A stretch of 64,000 bases of DNA from Nitrospirota bacterium. GTDB taxonomy: Bacteria; Nitrospirota; UBA9217. Both the position numbers and the translations under genes were made by a program. This document shows positions 1 through 8,959 of the stretch, piece after piece (the first letter of the stretch is position 1; every line of letters begins with the position of its first letter). The stretch is taken from assembly GCA_963790205.1 (NCBI GenBank), contig CAWBNQ010000008.1:128001-192000 (forward strand), in the 5' to 3' direction. The notes beneath the pieces are model-generated. The model did not search any database, had not been told where the DNA came from, and worked only from the letters and a program-made list of their open reading frames with translations.

Positions 1-1660
1 TCAAGAGGTCCCTGGCGTCCTTGTCCGTGATGCCGAAGAGAGCGGGCAGCTCTTCCCTGACCGGCGGCTGCGTCCCGCCTTTCCTGATGGCCCCGACGAT
101 CTTGTCTTTGACAGCGTCCTGGTCCTTGCCGACTGCCGCCTTGAAGCCCGGCAATCTCAGCTTCGAACCCTCCGCCTCGATCTGTTTCTTTTTTAAAAGC
201 CCTTCGACGGCCATATTCAGGACCTTGGCCGACAGCCGCATCCTGAGCATGCCTTTGAGTTCTTCCTTGTCCAGTCCGGGCTTGAGCGGGTTGTCCTTGT
301 GGTACTGCCTGATGAGGTCGAGCGCTTTTTTCTCAAGCGTGCCGAGATGTGCCGCATGCACGTAGAGATTGTCAACGCGAAGAACGGACCTCTTCTGCGC
401 AAGGGATGCCAGCGCCGCCGTGATTTCCTGTTTGTCCGCGGCAATGGCGCCGATGGCATCGGTCTCTTCCATTCCCGCGAGGCCTTGTCCTGATATGAAG
501 AGGGCGAGTTTCTCTTCGAGAGCGCCTTTTTCGAGGACGCCGAGGTTCTTGAGCGACTCCTGCATGGCCGCCTGTTTGTGCCTCCGGGGGTGGGGGTCCA
601 GGACCATGCCGCCTCCCAATGTTTCCATGGGCGAATAGAACCGCAGAATATACCGGTCGCCGTGCTGCACGATCACCGGCTGTTCGAAGCGAAGCTGGAC
701 AAAGGCGTCCTCGCCCGGTGCGAGCACGTTCGTTCCGAGGAGCGTGATCCTGCCGATGGCTTCCTGCGTCGTGTTGTAGAAGCGGATGCGCGAGCCGGTC
801 CTGAGGCCCCGGGGCGCCTGTTTGAGCAGGCCAAGCTTTGCATCGATCGTTTTCGTCGGCGCGAAAAAGCCGGCGCTCACGATGATGTCCCCGCGCGAGA
901 GCTGGTCCTTTTCGACACCCTGGAGGTTCACTGCCGTGCGCTGGCCCGCGACCACGCGCTGGACCGCCTGGTTGTGGGATTGCAGCCCTCTCACTTTTGT
1001 TTTGATCCCTTTGGGCAGGACCTCTACTTCCTGGTCCGTGCTGATCGTGCCGGAAAGCAGGGTGCCGGTGATGACCGTGCCGAAGCCTTTCATCGTAAAG
1101 ACGCGGTCGATCGGGAGCCGCAGAATCCCGTTCGATGATTTGGGTGAGACCTCGGCAGCAAGCTTCGACAACTCATGTACAAGAATAGGCAGGTTCTCGC
1201 CGGTCGTTGACGAGATTGGTACGATAGGGGACTTTTCGAGGAAGGTGCCCTTGACGAACTCGCGGACCTCGTCCTGCACCAGGGCGAGCCAGTCTTTCTC
1301 TGCAACGTCCATCTTCGTGAGCGCGATCAGACCTTGTTTCACATGCAGGAGGTCGCAGATGGCAAGGTGCTCGCGGGTCTGGGGCATGATGCCCTCGTCT
1401 GCGGCGATCACCAGCATCACGATGTCGATGCCGCCCACGCCGGCCAGCATGTTCTTGATGAGCCCTTCATGACCGGGAACGTCCACGATGCCGAGGCGGT
1501 TGCCGTTGGGAAGGTCGAGGGAAGCAAAACCGAGGTCGAGGGTGATGCCGCGCTCTTTTTCTTCCTTAAGGCGGTCCGGGTCAGTGCCGGTAAGGGCCTT
1601 GACGAGGGTCGATTTACCGTGGTCGATATGTCCGGCAGTGCCGAGGATGATGTATTTCAT
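1..1660 (-). CDS. selB: Selenocysteine-specific elongation factor SelB (3' end runs off the window)
   Basis: Manual minus-strand translation from the ATG at 1660 gives MKYIILGTAGHIDHGKSTLVKALTGTDPDRLKEEKERGITLDLGF...DVPGHE...RLPIDRVFTMKGFGTVITGT, followed by a winged-helix-like C-terminal region. Adjacent to selA. Absent from the ORF track because there is no stop in the window. Confidence 0.96.
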   Translation of the reverse strand, partial: MKYIILGTAGHIDHGKSTLVKALTGTDPDRLKEEKERGITLDLGFASLDLPNGNRLGIVDVPGHEGLIKNMLAGVGGIDIVMLVIAADEGIMPQTREHLAICDLLHVKQGLIALTKMDVAEKDWLALVQDEVREFVKGTFLEKSPIVPISSTTGENLPILVHELSKLAAEVSPKSSNGILRLPIDRVFTMKGFGTVITGTLLSGTISTDQEVEVLPKGIKTKVRGLQSHNQAVQRVVAGQRTAVNLQGVEKDQLSRGDIIVSAGFFAPTKTIDAKLGLLKQAPRGLRTGSRIRFYNTTQEAIGRITLLGTNVLAPGEDAFVQLRFEQPVIVQHGDRYILRFYSPMETLGGGMVLDPHPRRHKQAAMQESLKNLGVLEKGALEEKLALFISGQGLAGMEETDAIGAIAADKQEITAALASLAQKRSVLRVDNLYVHAAHLGTLEKKALDLIRQYHKDNPLKPGLDKEELKGMLRMRLSAKVLNMAVEGLLKKKQIEAEGSKLRLPGFKAAVGKDQDAVKDKIVGAIRKGGTQPPVREELPALFGITDKDARDLL

Positions 1661-1707
1661 GGGATTAACAACTCAGGGACCAAATTCATCAAAACGGGAA
1701 GAAATTT

Positions 1708-1824
1708 TCTCGCAAAGCACGCAAAGGTCGCAAAGGGAATCTAGATCAAAATCTTTTTTGGGTTTAAAACCAAAACAAAGCTTGGTTTAATATTTTCTTG
1801 GCGTCCTTTGCGGGCTTTGCGAGA
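1708..1824. repeat. Intergenic inverted-repeat element with 9-bp periodic arms (CGCAAAGNN)
   Basis: Left arm TCTCGCAAAGCACGCAAAGGTCGCAAAG versus reverse complement of the right arm TCTCGCAAAGCCCGCAAAGGACGCCAAG (25/28 identical), with an AT-rich spacer, between selA and selB. Confidence 0.85.
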
Positions 1825-1846
1825 GACACCTTTTGTTCCGGCTTGG

Positions 1847-3262
1847 TTATGAAGTGATTATTTTTCTTACTGCTTCGACAATCTGACCGATCTCCCCGTC
1901 GTTCAGCGTCCGAGGGTCGAAGACGACCATGCCTTCCTTGATGCGCGCGATGATGTGCGGCGTGCCGAGGCGGAGATGCGACTCGATCCGGTTCGCGCTT
2001 AGGCGCTCGTGGCGGACGCAGACGGTCCTCGTCGGAAAGTTCCCCATAGGCAGCGCGCCGCCGCCGCTTTGCGAGGTATCGTCCTGGATGGTTACCGACA
2101 GTTCGTTCCCGCCGATGCTTTCGAGGCCGTCAGCCATGAGCCGGGCCTTTCGCTCGATCTCGGAAAGCGGCTGTGTCAGCATCCAGAGCGTGGGAATCTC
2201 CTTTACGGCCTTTTCCCGGTCCAGATACTGGCTGAGCGTGGCGTCGAGCGCGGCAAGGGTGAGCTTGTCGATGCGGAGCGCGCGGGCAAGGGGATTGGAC
2301 CTGATAGGATCGAGCCACGTCTTTTTGCCGAGGATCATGCCTGCCTGCGGCCCGCCCAAAAGTTTGTCCCCGCTGAAGGTGAGCAGGTCCACGCCTGAAT
2401 CAACGGCCTGCTGCACGGTCGGTTCGCTGCCGGCGCCGTAGGCCGCGAGATCGATGAAGCTTCCGCTGCCAAGGTCCCACATGACCGGAATATTATATTT
2501 TTTCCCGAGCGCTGAAAGCTCCCCGGGCGGGACTTCCTTGGTGAAACCCACGATCTTGTAATTGCTCGTATGGACCTTCAGGATAAGGCCGGTGTTCTCG
2601 TTGATGGCTTTTTCGTAATCCTTGAGATGGGTCTTGTTCGTGGTGCCTATTTCGCGGAGGATGGCGCCGCTCCGCTCCATCACGTCGGGCACGCGGAAGG
2701 AGCCGCCTATCTCGACGAGTTCGCCGCGCGATACGATCACCTCTTTGCCGCGGGCGATGGTGTTCAGGCAAAGAAGGACCGCGGCCGCATTGTTGTTCAC
2801 GGCCGTGGCGGCCTCGCAGCCGGTGAGCCGCCGGAGGATGCCTTCCACATGCACGTAGCGCTTGCCGCGTTCGCCGGCGGGAATATCGTACTCAAGGTTC
2901 GAGTAGCTGCGGCCCACGTCGATGATGCGCTGGAGCGCTTTTTCCGACAGGATGGAGCGGCCGAGGTTCGTATGCACGACCACCCCGGTGGCGTTGATGA
3001 CCGGCTGAAGGCTCGGCTCGGACAGTTCTTTCAGAACGGCCTCGGCTTCGTCGAGGATCCCGCTCATGCTGATGGACTGTTCGCCCATGGTTTTCGCGGA
3101 AGACCGTTCATTGGCTTCGAGGATGGCCTTGCGCCTGCGGTCGAGGGCGGTCCTGACAGCGTCCAGCACCAGGACCCGGGGATAGGTCTCAAGCCACTGC
3201 TTTGTTCTGCTCTCCTTCAGGATCTCGTCAACGGCGGGAAGTTTTCGGAGCAGTTCCTTCAT
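1847..3262 (-). CDS. selA: L-seryl-tRNA(Sec) selenium transferase SelA
   Basis: Motifs VINATGVVVHTNLGRS, VNNNAAAV, SRGELVEIGGSFRVPDVM, FSGDKLLGGPQAG (PLP lysine) and RALRIDK. Likely start is MKELLRKLP at 3262 rather than the track's 3559. Confidence 0.97.
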   Translation of the reverse strand: MKELLRKLPAVDEILKESRTKQWLETYPRVLVLDAVRTALDRRRKAILEANERSSAKTMGEQSISMSGILDEAEAVLKELSEPSLQPVINATGVVVHTNLGRSILSEKALQRIIDVGRSYSNLEYDIPAGERGKRYVHVEGILRRLTGCEAATAVNNNAAAVLLCLNTIARGKEVIVSRGELVEIGGSFRVPDVMERSGAILREIGTTNKTHLKDYEKAINENTGLILKVHTSNYKIVGFTKEVPPGELSALGKKYNIPVMWDLGSGSFIDLAAYGAGSEPTVQQAVDSGVDLLTFSGDKLLGGPQAGMILGKKTWLDPIRSNPLARALRIDKLTLAALDATLSQYLDREKAVKEIPTLWMLTQPLSEIERKARLMADGLESIGGNELSVTIQDDTSQSGGGALPMGNFPTRTVCVRHERLSANRIESHLRLGTPHIIARIKEGMVVFDPRTLNDGEIGQIVEAVRKIITS

Positions 3263-3406
3263 AAGCAGTAAGATAGCATAGCCGTACTTGAATTTCAACA
3301 GGCGTTTCATCAGTCCTGTTGTGTCTTTTTGCCCTTGACATCCGGCGGGGAATATGTCAATTTTACCGGCAGTACATTGCATGTTATTGGACCACGGAGA
3401 CAGACC

Positions 3407-3643
3407 ATGAAATGCTATGAATGCGCCAAAATGGGCAAGGAAGAAGATGCCGTGGCGATATGCGTGATCTGCGGCATGGGGCTCTGCATGGCGCACGCGC
3501 TCAGGGAAAACCTGCCCGTCGTGGACATCATTGACTGGGGTTTCGGCAAGGAGGAACATCGTTACCCGGTGGACATCCCGCGGTTTCTCTGTTCGGAGTG
3601 CAAGACAGCTGTTGATATCAGAAAAAAAGAACGATCAGCATAG
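3407..3643 (+). CDS. DUF2180-like small Cys-rich (Zn-finger) protein
   Basis: MKCYECAKMGKEEDAVAICVICGMGLCMAH...RFLCSEC, with a GGAGA RBS upstream. Confidence 0.75.
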   Translation: MKCYECAKMGKEEDAVAICVICGMGLCMAHALRENLPVVDIIDWGFGKEEHRYPVDIPRFLCSECKTAVDIRKKERSA

Positions 3644-3658
3644 AGGGGACGGATTGAA

Positions 3659-4777
3659 ATGGTGATGAACAGGCGCAGGTTCCTCAAGAACGTCGCAGCG
3701 GGCGCCGCGATGGCCGGCATGGGCGGTCTGGGGGAGTTTTTCATTCCCTTTGCCGAGGCCGTGGAAGTGCCGAAATTCAACTTTGCCCATATAACGGACC
3801 TCCACCTCGATGTCAAGGGCGAGAGTTCCTGGCAGTACCGGGAAAAGAGCGTTCCGCTCTTCTACGGCGCACTCCGTCAGTTGGGACGGCTGCCGAAAAT
3901 GAAATTCGTGGTCTTCGGCGGCGACCAGATCCATTACGGTCCGCGCGACAAGGAGTCGCTCGACGTATTCCAGAAGTGGACGGCGCAGCTGAACATGCCT
4001 TTCTACATCCTGCTCGGCAATACGGAGGTGTCGCCTGTCACCGGCGCCTCCAAGCTGGACCGGGACGATTATCTAAAGGCATGGGCAGGCAGGGGCCTGC
4101 GGCCCGGGCATTCGTCGTGGGCCTTCGATCCGGTAAAGAACGTGCGGGTCATCGGCTTCGATGTCACGGTAGACGGCAAACCGTATGGTGAAGCGAGCGT
4201 TCCGGAGCTGAAATGGCTCGAAAACGAGCTCAAGACGAACAAATCGAAGAAGCTTATCATCATTTTCACCCACCAGCTGCTTATGCCCACCACACCCAGG
4301 GACAATAGCCATGAATGGTCGTTCTGGATGGTGAAGAACCACGCCCGGGTCAGGGAAGTTCTTGAAGCGCACCCGAACGTCCGTCTCGTCGTTTCCGGCC
4401 ATCACCATGTGTCCAAAGTGGAGACCGTGGGAAAAATCACCTATGTGTCCGATCCCGCCGTCGTCACGTATCCCTGCGCGTTCAGGGCGTACTCCGTGGC
4501 CCCCGACGGCATCCACCTGCGAAATGTCGGCTTGGACGACAAGGCGACCGTAAACCGCGCCAGGGAGCTCCTCGAATCAGACCCGTATGCCAAAATGTAC
4601 GACCCCGATGCGCCGCAGAAGGTCACTGCTTACAGCATGGGGCTCACCGAGCAAGGACCGCGAGACCACGATAAAATTGTAAGGTGCGAAGCATACAGGG
4701 CGGCGGTGCTGGATCCGTATCTCAAGCATCGGGGCGCAAACGAGAAGCCGGTTGGAAGTGAAGGAATTCATTTTTGA
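3659..4777 (+). CDS. Tat-exported calcineurin-like metallophosphoesterase (true stop probably at 4682 after a +1 indel near 4654)
   Basis: Tat motif RRRFLK; DLH, GGDQ, GNTE, THQ and GHHH motifs. The shifted frame gives ...EQDRETTIKL* ending at 4682. Confidence 0.85.
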   Translation: MVMNRRRFLKNVAAGAAMAGMGGLGEFFIPFAEAVEVPKFNFAHITDLHLDVKGESSWQYREKSVPLFYGALRQLGRLPKMKFVVFGGDQIHYGPRDKESLDVFQKWTAQLNMPFYILLGNTEVSPVTGASKLDRDDYLKAWAGRGLRPGHSSWAFDPVKNVRVIGFDVTVDGKPYGEASVPELKWLENELKTNKSKKLIIIFTHQLLMPTTPRDNSHEWSFWMVKNHARVREVLEAHPNVRLVVSGHHHVSKVETVGKITYVSDPAVVTYPCAFRAYSVAPDGIHLRNVGLDDKATVNRARELLESDPYAKMYDPDAPQKVTAYSMGLTEQGPRDHDKIVRCEAYRAAVLDPYLKHRGANEKPVGSEGIHF

Positions 4778-4954
4778 CCGGCTTTTTCATTTTCAGAGTA
4801 TTGATGTGGCGGGCATGTCATACCCCGATCCGGGTATTTTCAGGGTATTTACTTGGGCCGGTCCCCATGGTAACCTCTGCATGCCGGACTTAAGCTGCCA
4901 GGGTGATATTTATAAATGCACGAACCTTCGAAAACCAAGGAATAGAAATCAGAA

Positions 4955-5000
4955 AGTTTATGATGCCATAAACTCTTAAAAGTTTATGCTACCATAAACC
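4955..5000. promoter_or_regulatory. Two tandem palindromes GTTTATG-N4-CATAAAC (26-bp period)
   Basis: AGTTTATGATGCCATAAACT (4955-4974) and AGTTTATGCTACCATAAACC (4981-5000). Confidence 0.7.
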
Positions 5001-5011
5001 TGGTCCTTATA

Positions 5012-5029
5012 GTCAATAACATGTTGACC
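5012..5029 (+). other. Possible attI-like core site (GTCAATAACAT|GTTGACC)
   Basis: GTT core with an inverted GTCAA box, immediately before the first gene of the attC-containing array. Confidence 0.35.
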
Positions 5030-5046
5030 TCAGAGGAAAAGAAGCC

Positions 5047-5379
5047 ATGCCAATAACTCGTGCACTCAGCATTCAGCAGCCTTTTGCTGAGCTGATTATC
5101 ATCGGTAAAAAAGAGTTCGAGTACCGCAGCATTCCAACCAACATCCGTGAGCGAATTTACATTTACGCTTCCAAAAAATCAGGCCCCGACAAACGATGGA
5201 AAGAAAGCGGTTATGAGCCTGGCAGCCTGCCAACAGGCGTACTGATCGGAAGCGTCGAAATTATTAGCTGCGATGGAAACTCGGGTGATTATGCATGGAA
5301 GTTAGCTCGTCCAAAGCGGGCCAAACGCATGCTCAAACCAAAGAACAAACCTCAACCCGTATGGTTCCGTCCATTCTAA
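5047..5379 (+). CDS. ASCH-domain (PUA superfamily) protein
   Basis: RALSIQQPFAELIIIGKKEFEYRS (GxKxxExR motif) and GVLIGSVEI. Confidence 0.9.
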   Translation: MPITRALSIQQPFAELIIIGKKEFEYRSIPTNIRERIYIYASKKSGPDKRWKESGYEPGSLPTGVLIGSVEIISCDGNSGDYAWKLARPKRAKRMLKPKNKPQPVWFRPF

Positions 5380-5401
5380 ATATGTCAAGGAGCAAAATTG
5401 T

Positions 5402-6190
5402 ATGAGAATTTGGCGCATGTCATTCCGAGTTGGTGAGGGCGGATACGAAATGTGGCCACACTGCTTGGAACATGGCGTAGCAGCGATTACTTATCGCAAT
5501 ATGGCGAAGATCGATCTCTCCAAATATCCGCGAGACGAGCCGCGTGATCTATGGGCACAACTGGCTCCGGCTCGGAAATACAGCCTGCGAAAAGTAGCAT
5601 ACGAAATGAAAAAGGGTGACATTATATTTGTTAAAAATGGCCCAAACATAATCGCTAGAGGCATTGTAAAAGGTTCATACCGGTTTGATAGCAAGTTTCG
5701 GATCGTAGATCCTAATGGTGTTCCGTGGGCGCATCAAGTTCCAGTTGAGTGGTCTCTAAATTTCTCTCCGATTCGCATGTCGCTCGGTAATCAGCAAAGA
5801 TATACAGTGCGTGAACTTTCTTCATCCGATGTGAAGCAAATCGATTCCAAACTCGCAACAACGCGAGAGGATGCCGCGCTTGAAGGGCAGGTGTATACGC
5901 GTGAAAGCGTTTTTCGTCGTAGAAATGCAGCACTGATCCAAGCGAAGAAAGTGAACTCTGATTATAAGTGCGAGGTGTGTGGTTTTAACTTTGAAGAGAC
6001 TTATGGAAGTATCGGGCATGAATACATCATCGCACATCATAACGAGCCAGTGTCCACGCGTAAACGACCTTCGATGACATCCATAAAAGAAATTACTTTA
6101 CTTTGTGCAAATTGTCATGCGATGGTCCATGCAGCCAATCCGCCACTACTACCACATAAATTGAGGACCAAATTAAAAATCGACCGATAG
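5402..6190 (+). CDS. HNH endonuclease with an N-terminal putative modified-base reader domain (type IV restriction-like)
   Basis: C-terminal CEVCGFNFEETYG...IAHH...LLCANCHAMVH (McrA-like HNH). N-terminal MKKGDIIFVK...IARGIVKGSYRF...HQVPVEW resembles domains seen at the N-termini of Mrr/McrB-type proteins. Confidence 0.8.
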   Translation: MRIWRMSFRVGEGGYEMWPHCLEHGVAAITYRNMAKIDLSKYPRDEPRDLWAQLAPARKYSLRKVAYEMKKGDIIFVKNGPNIIARGIVKGSYRFDSKFRIVDPNGVPWAHQVPVEWSLNFSPIRMSLGNQQRYTVRELSSSDVKQIDSKLATTREDAALEGQVYTRESVFRRRNAALIQAKKVNSDYKCEVCGFNFEETYGSIGHEYIIAHHNEPVSTRKRPSMTSIKEITLLCANCHAMVHAANPPLLPHKLRTKLKIDR

Positions 6191-6194
6191 CGGA

Positions 6195-6254
6195 TTACAA
6201 CCTGGCGCTCGACGGCGACGCGCCAAAGGCGGCGCGTCAGCGCCGCGATTGATT
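6195..6254 (+). other. attC-like site 1
   Basis: TTACAAC-CTGGCGCTCGACGGCGACGCGCC-AAA-GGCGGCGCGTCAGCGCCGC-G(A)TTGATT, 4 bp after the HNH stop codon. Confidence 0.65.
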
Positions 6255-6267
6255 TGGATTATAAGCT

Positions 6268-7455
6268 ATGGCTATGCAAAAACTCCCGCTTACTGAAAGA
6301 AAACTCCGCGCCTTCATACAGAAGGCGCGGCACTACAACATATTTCCTATCGATCTGCCTCGATACCTTCATGATAAGCATCCCATAACAGATGATTTAA
6401 AGGATCTTGTCGATGAGGCTCACCAGTTCTTGAAAATATGTACTGAAAGTGATATCCGCGAGTTGTTTGACCACCTCTCGCCCGCATATCGGATGTTTTT
6501 AGAGGGTGAAATTAAAACGGAGGAAGAGCGCCAACGCTTCGCAGTTTATTACCTATCTTCCGAGATTCAGCGTAGTTACTTTTCGCTCACGGATTCTTTC
6601 GACCAGAATCTTGAAACGAGTGAGGTTTTGAAGATATACCCCGAACTGTTTGAACGGATTGACAAGAATGGCCTGTTGCATATCGGGATCGATATGGTTC
6701 TTCATGATGGTGGAATCGAGTACAAGGATCACTTCTTGCACTACCATCAGTTACTACGAAGAAATTATACTGCTAATCCGAATTTTGACTTTTTAGGTCG
6801 CTTCATGCAGCACTACTACCGCACAAATAAATATAATACATTTAGAATTGCCATAGACCACCGAAGAATTATGCCTAAAGAATTTTATCAACAACTATTT
6901 GAATGCGATACTTGGTACGGTCCACCATTTGCGGTCAATAAACTCGATGAGCCAACACCCAACTCTCTAATAGTCCTAACGAGAAATAAAAAATCATTAT
7001 TCGAGCGGACATATAGCCTAGATCGTACTGAATTTTATTGGAGTTACAACCATCCTATTAAAACGCTTGAAATAGAGGAAGTAGTCGGGGATAGTAATAA
7101 CTTTGGTCAATATTATTTCAATCGCTATATACACAGTGAACGAAACACTTCGACTCATGCATTCCGCCATTTGGATGGAGCCGTAAAAATTTATTTGCAT
7201 GACAGTTTCTCCAAACGTAAAGATACTTTCATGCCTGAAGAGTATAAATGCTACAAAAAGGAGAAGCTTTGGCGAATTGATGGCAAAATTGAGCTGAATG
7301 ATTGGGTCGATCTGATATCATTTTTCTTTAAAAGTAATGAGATGATCATAGAATATTTTAACCCCGAGCAATTTATTGAAATGTTTGAACTACGTATACG
7401 CGATTTTGAGGCATGGAAATGTAAACAGGACGATAAAGGCGTTAGTGGGCCGTAA
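6268..7455 (+). CDS. Hypothetical protein (395 aa, cassette-borne)
   Basis: Long AT-rich ORF bounded by attC-like sites; no family recognised. Confidence 0.8.
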   Translation: MAMQKLPLTERKLRAFIQKARHYNIFPIDLPRYLHDKHPITDDLKDLVDEAHQFLKICTESDIRELFDHLSPAYRMFLEGEIKTEEERQRFAVYYLSSEIQRSYFSLTDSFDQNLETSEVLKIYPELFERIDKNGLLHIGIDMVLHDGGIEYKDHFLHYHQLLRRNYTANPNFDFLGRFMQHYYRTNKYNTFRIAIDHRRIMPKEFYQQLFECDTWYGPPFAVNKLDEPTPNSLIVLTRNKKSLFERTYSLDRTEFYWSYNHPIKTLEIEEVVGDSNNFGQYYFNRYIHSERNTSTHAFRHLDGAVKIYLHDSFSKRKDTFMPEEYKCYKKEKLWRIDGKIELNDWVDLISFFFKSNEMIIEYFNPEQFIEMFELRIRDFEAWKCKQDDKGVSGP

Positions 7456-7469
7456 TTCCACACCTTGTG

Positions 7470-7527
7470 AATCAACCAGCGCGTCGAGTGAGTCGCGAAG
7501 ACCTCGCTCCTCACTCGCGCGTTGGCT
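7470..7527 (+). other. attC site 2 (best preserved)
   Basis: AATCAAC-CAGCGCGTCGAGTGAG-TCGCGAAGACCTCGCTC-CTCACTCGCGC-GTTGGCT: AAC/GTT core, with arms that pair leaving extra unpaired bases. Confidence 0.8.
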
Positions 7528-7546
7528 CCTGCAAACTACCGCTCTA

Positions 7547-7593
7547 CGCCAACCAGCAGTCCAAGCGGACAAGAGCCGCTTAACTTTTTAAGG
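7547..7593 (+). other. attC-like site 3 (degenerate right end)
   Basis: CGCCAAC-CAGCAGTCCAAGCGGAC-AAGA-GCCGCTTAACT; no intact GTT. Confidence 0.5.
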
Positions 7594-7601
7594 AGGACTC
7601 C

Positions 7602-8084
7602 TTGCTTACACTTTTACGAGTATGCATGTTTGTCTTGGTGTTTGGTGTATCGGTGTCTGATGCAATGTCTTTGAGTCAATTACTGAAAGATAACGGCAAA
7701 TATCGCTCCTCCTTAGTCATGGTGGAAGGTGTATCAATAGCAAGCCCACGTCTTGTTGCAAAAACTTTTTACCAAATTACCATCTCTGACGGGCGACGTT
7801 CCTGCGTCGTTGCATGCCCGTATGATATGGGTCCTGTAATCGAAACGATTTTCCCGGACTTGAAAGGAAAAACCAAACGAATATTTAACCTTCAATTAAT
7901 GTGGCTAGAGCCGGACTCCCGCCTCCCCGAGTTGCGAAACGGAATTTTCCAGATTGTGCATCTCCATGTGCCGGTTGAAAATGGCATGTGGTTTGTGTGG
8001 CCCGGTGGAGATGATGGGAATTATCTCACCAAGCAAGAATATAAGCGTCAAATGGAACTTTATCGTATGATGGGCGGGAAGTAA
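7602..8084 (+). CDS. Hypothetical exported protein
   Basis: TTG start with an AAGGAGG RBS and a signal-peptide-like N-terminus. Confidence 0.7.
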   Translation: MLTLLRVCMFVLVFGVSVSDAMSLSQLLKDNGKYRSSLVMVEGVSIASPRLVAKTFYQITISDGRRSCVVACPYDMGPVIETIFPDLKGKTKRIFNLQLMWLEPDSRLPELRNGIFQIVHLHVPVENGMWFVWPGGDDGNYLTKQEYKRQMELYRMMGGK

Positions 8085-8169
8085 TTACAGTCAGAAGCAG
8101 GCGCGTGCTTCTGGATCGGGTAAGAAAGATAAACGCAAAGCGGACAAACCTTTCTATAAGGAGATCACA

Positions 8170-8859
8170 ATGGTTAAATTCAAATTGATTTTCATAATTT
8201 TGGTCGCAATGGTTATGCTTGGCGGGCAGATGTTTATTGCGAATAAGATTTGCGCTGAAGACGCATCTATACTTCGCTATTTCCCCCTCAAGGTAGGAAA
8301 TGTTTGGAAATACGAAGTTGGTGGTGGCAGTATGGGTGGCACTATTAGACGGGATGAAGTTCTTGAGTATTTAGATAAATATAATGCATATGTAATAAAT
8401 CATGTTTCAAGGGTAGATATGTCTGTCGGTTCATATCCGCCCATTGAATTTGATTCAGTTGTTGAAATACGAGGTGGAACACACATTCTTGAGATCGCTT
8501 CGCGTGCCGCAGGAAAAACAGCGCTTACAATGCGAGCACAACCGGAAATAATTTTACAAGGTCCTCTCGGTATTGGACAAACTTGGAAATATACGGAGAG
8601 AGATGCGGGCGATTCTGTAAAAAATGAATATAAAGTTCTATCATTAGTAGATTACCAAGTGAAAGCAGGAAGTTTTAAGAATGTTTGCAAGATCGAGAAA
8701 AAACAAGCGATAAAACTTGATGGCAAGTTGTTTTCTTGGAGTATATCAAATCTCTATTATGCCCCTAATATTGGATTAATAGCTGAAGTGGTACTTAAAA
8801 ACAATAAAAGCAATAAGCCGCAAACCATATTAGAGCTTATAGAATACAAAATTCGTTAA
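8170..8859 (+). CDS. Exported beta-rich protein (DUF3108-like)
   Basis: Signal peptide, YFPLKVGNVWKYE, VKAGSF and YYAPNIGLI motifs; AAGGAG RBS. Confidence 0.7.
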   Translation: MVKFKLIFIILVAMVMLGGQMFIANKICAEDASILRYFPLKVGNVWKYEVGGGSMGGTIRRDEVLEYLDKYNAYVINHVSRVDMSVGSYPPIEFDSVVEIRGGTHILEIASRAAGKTALTMRAQPEIILQGPLGIGQTWKYTERDAGDSVKNEYKVLSLVDYQVKAGSFKNVCKIEKKQAIKLDGKLFSWSISNLYYAPNIGLIAEVVLKNNKSNKPQTILELIEYKIR

Positions 8860-8959
8860 AATAATTCATAAATACTATGAAAAACGAGCCATGGTTTGTT
8901 ACTGGTTATGGACAACATGGGTGACGTTGATACCTGACGTGCATTTATCGGAACGATGA

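Noticed and set aside
1847..4777. Selenoprotein (in-frame TGA) next to selAB
   Set aside because: No TGA was seen at a conserved Cys position in the neighbouring ORFs.
4780..4950. Integron integrase remnant upstream of the array
   Set aside because: No recognisable tyrosine-recombinase motifs, and the space is too short.
7438..7447. GGCGTTAGTG as an extra attC R' core
   Set aside because: It lies inside the 395-aa ORF with no matching upstream arm.
8092..8113. Hairpin CAGAAGCA-GGCGCG-TGCTTCTG as an attC site
   Set aside because: No AAC/GTT cores; more likely a simple hairpin or terminator.
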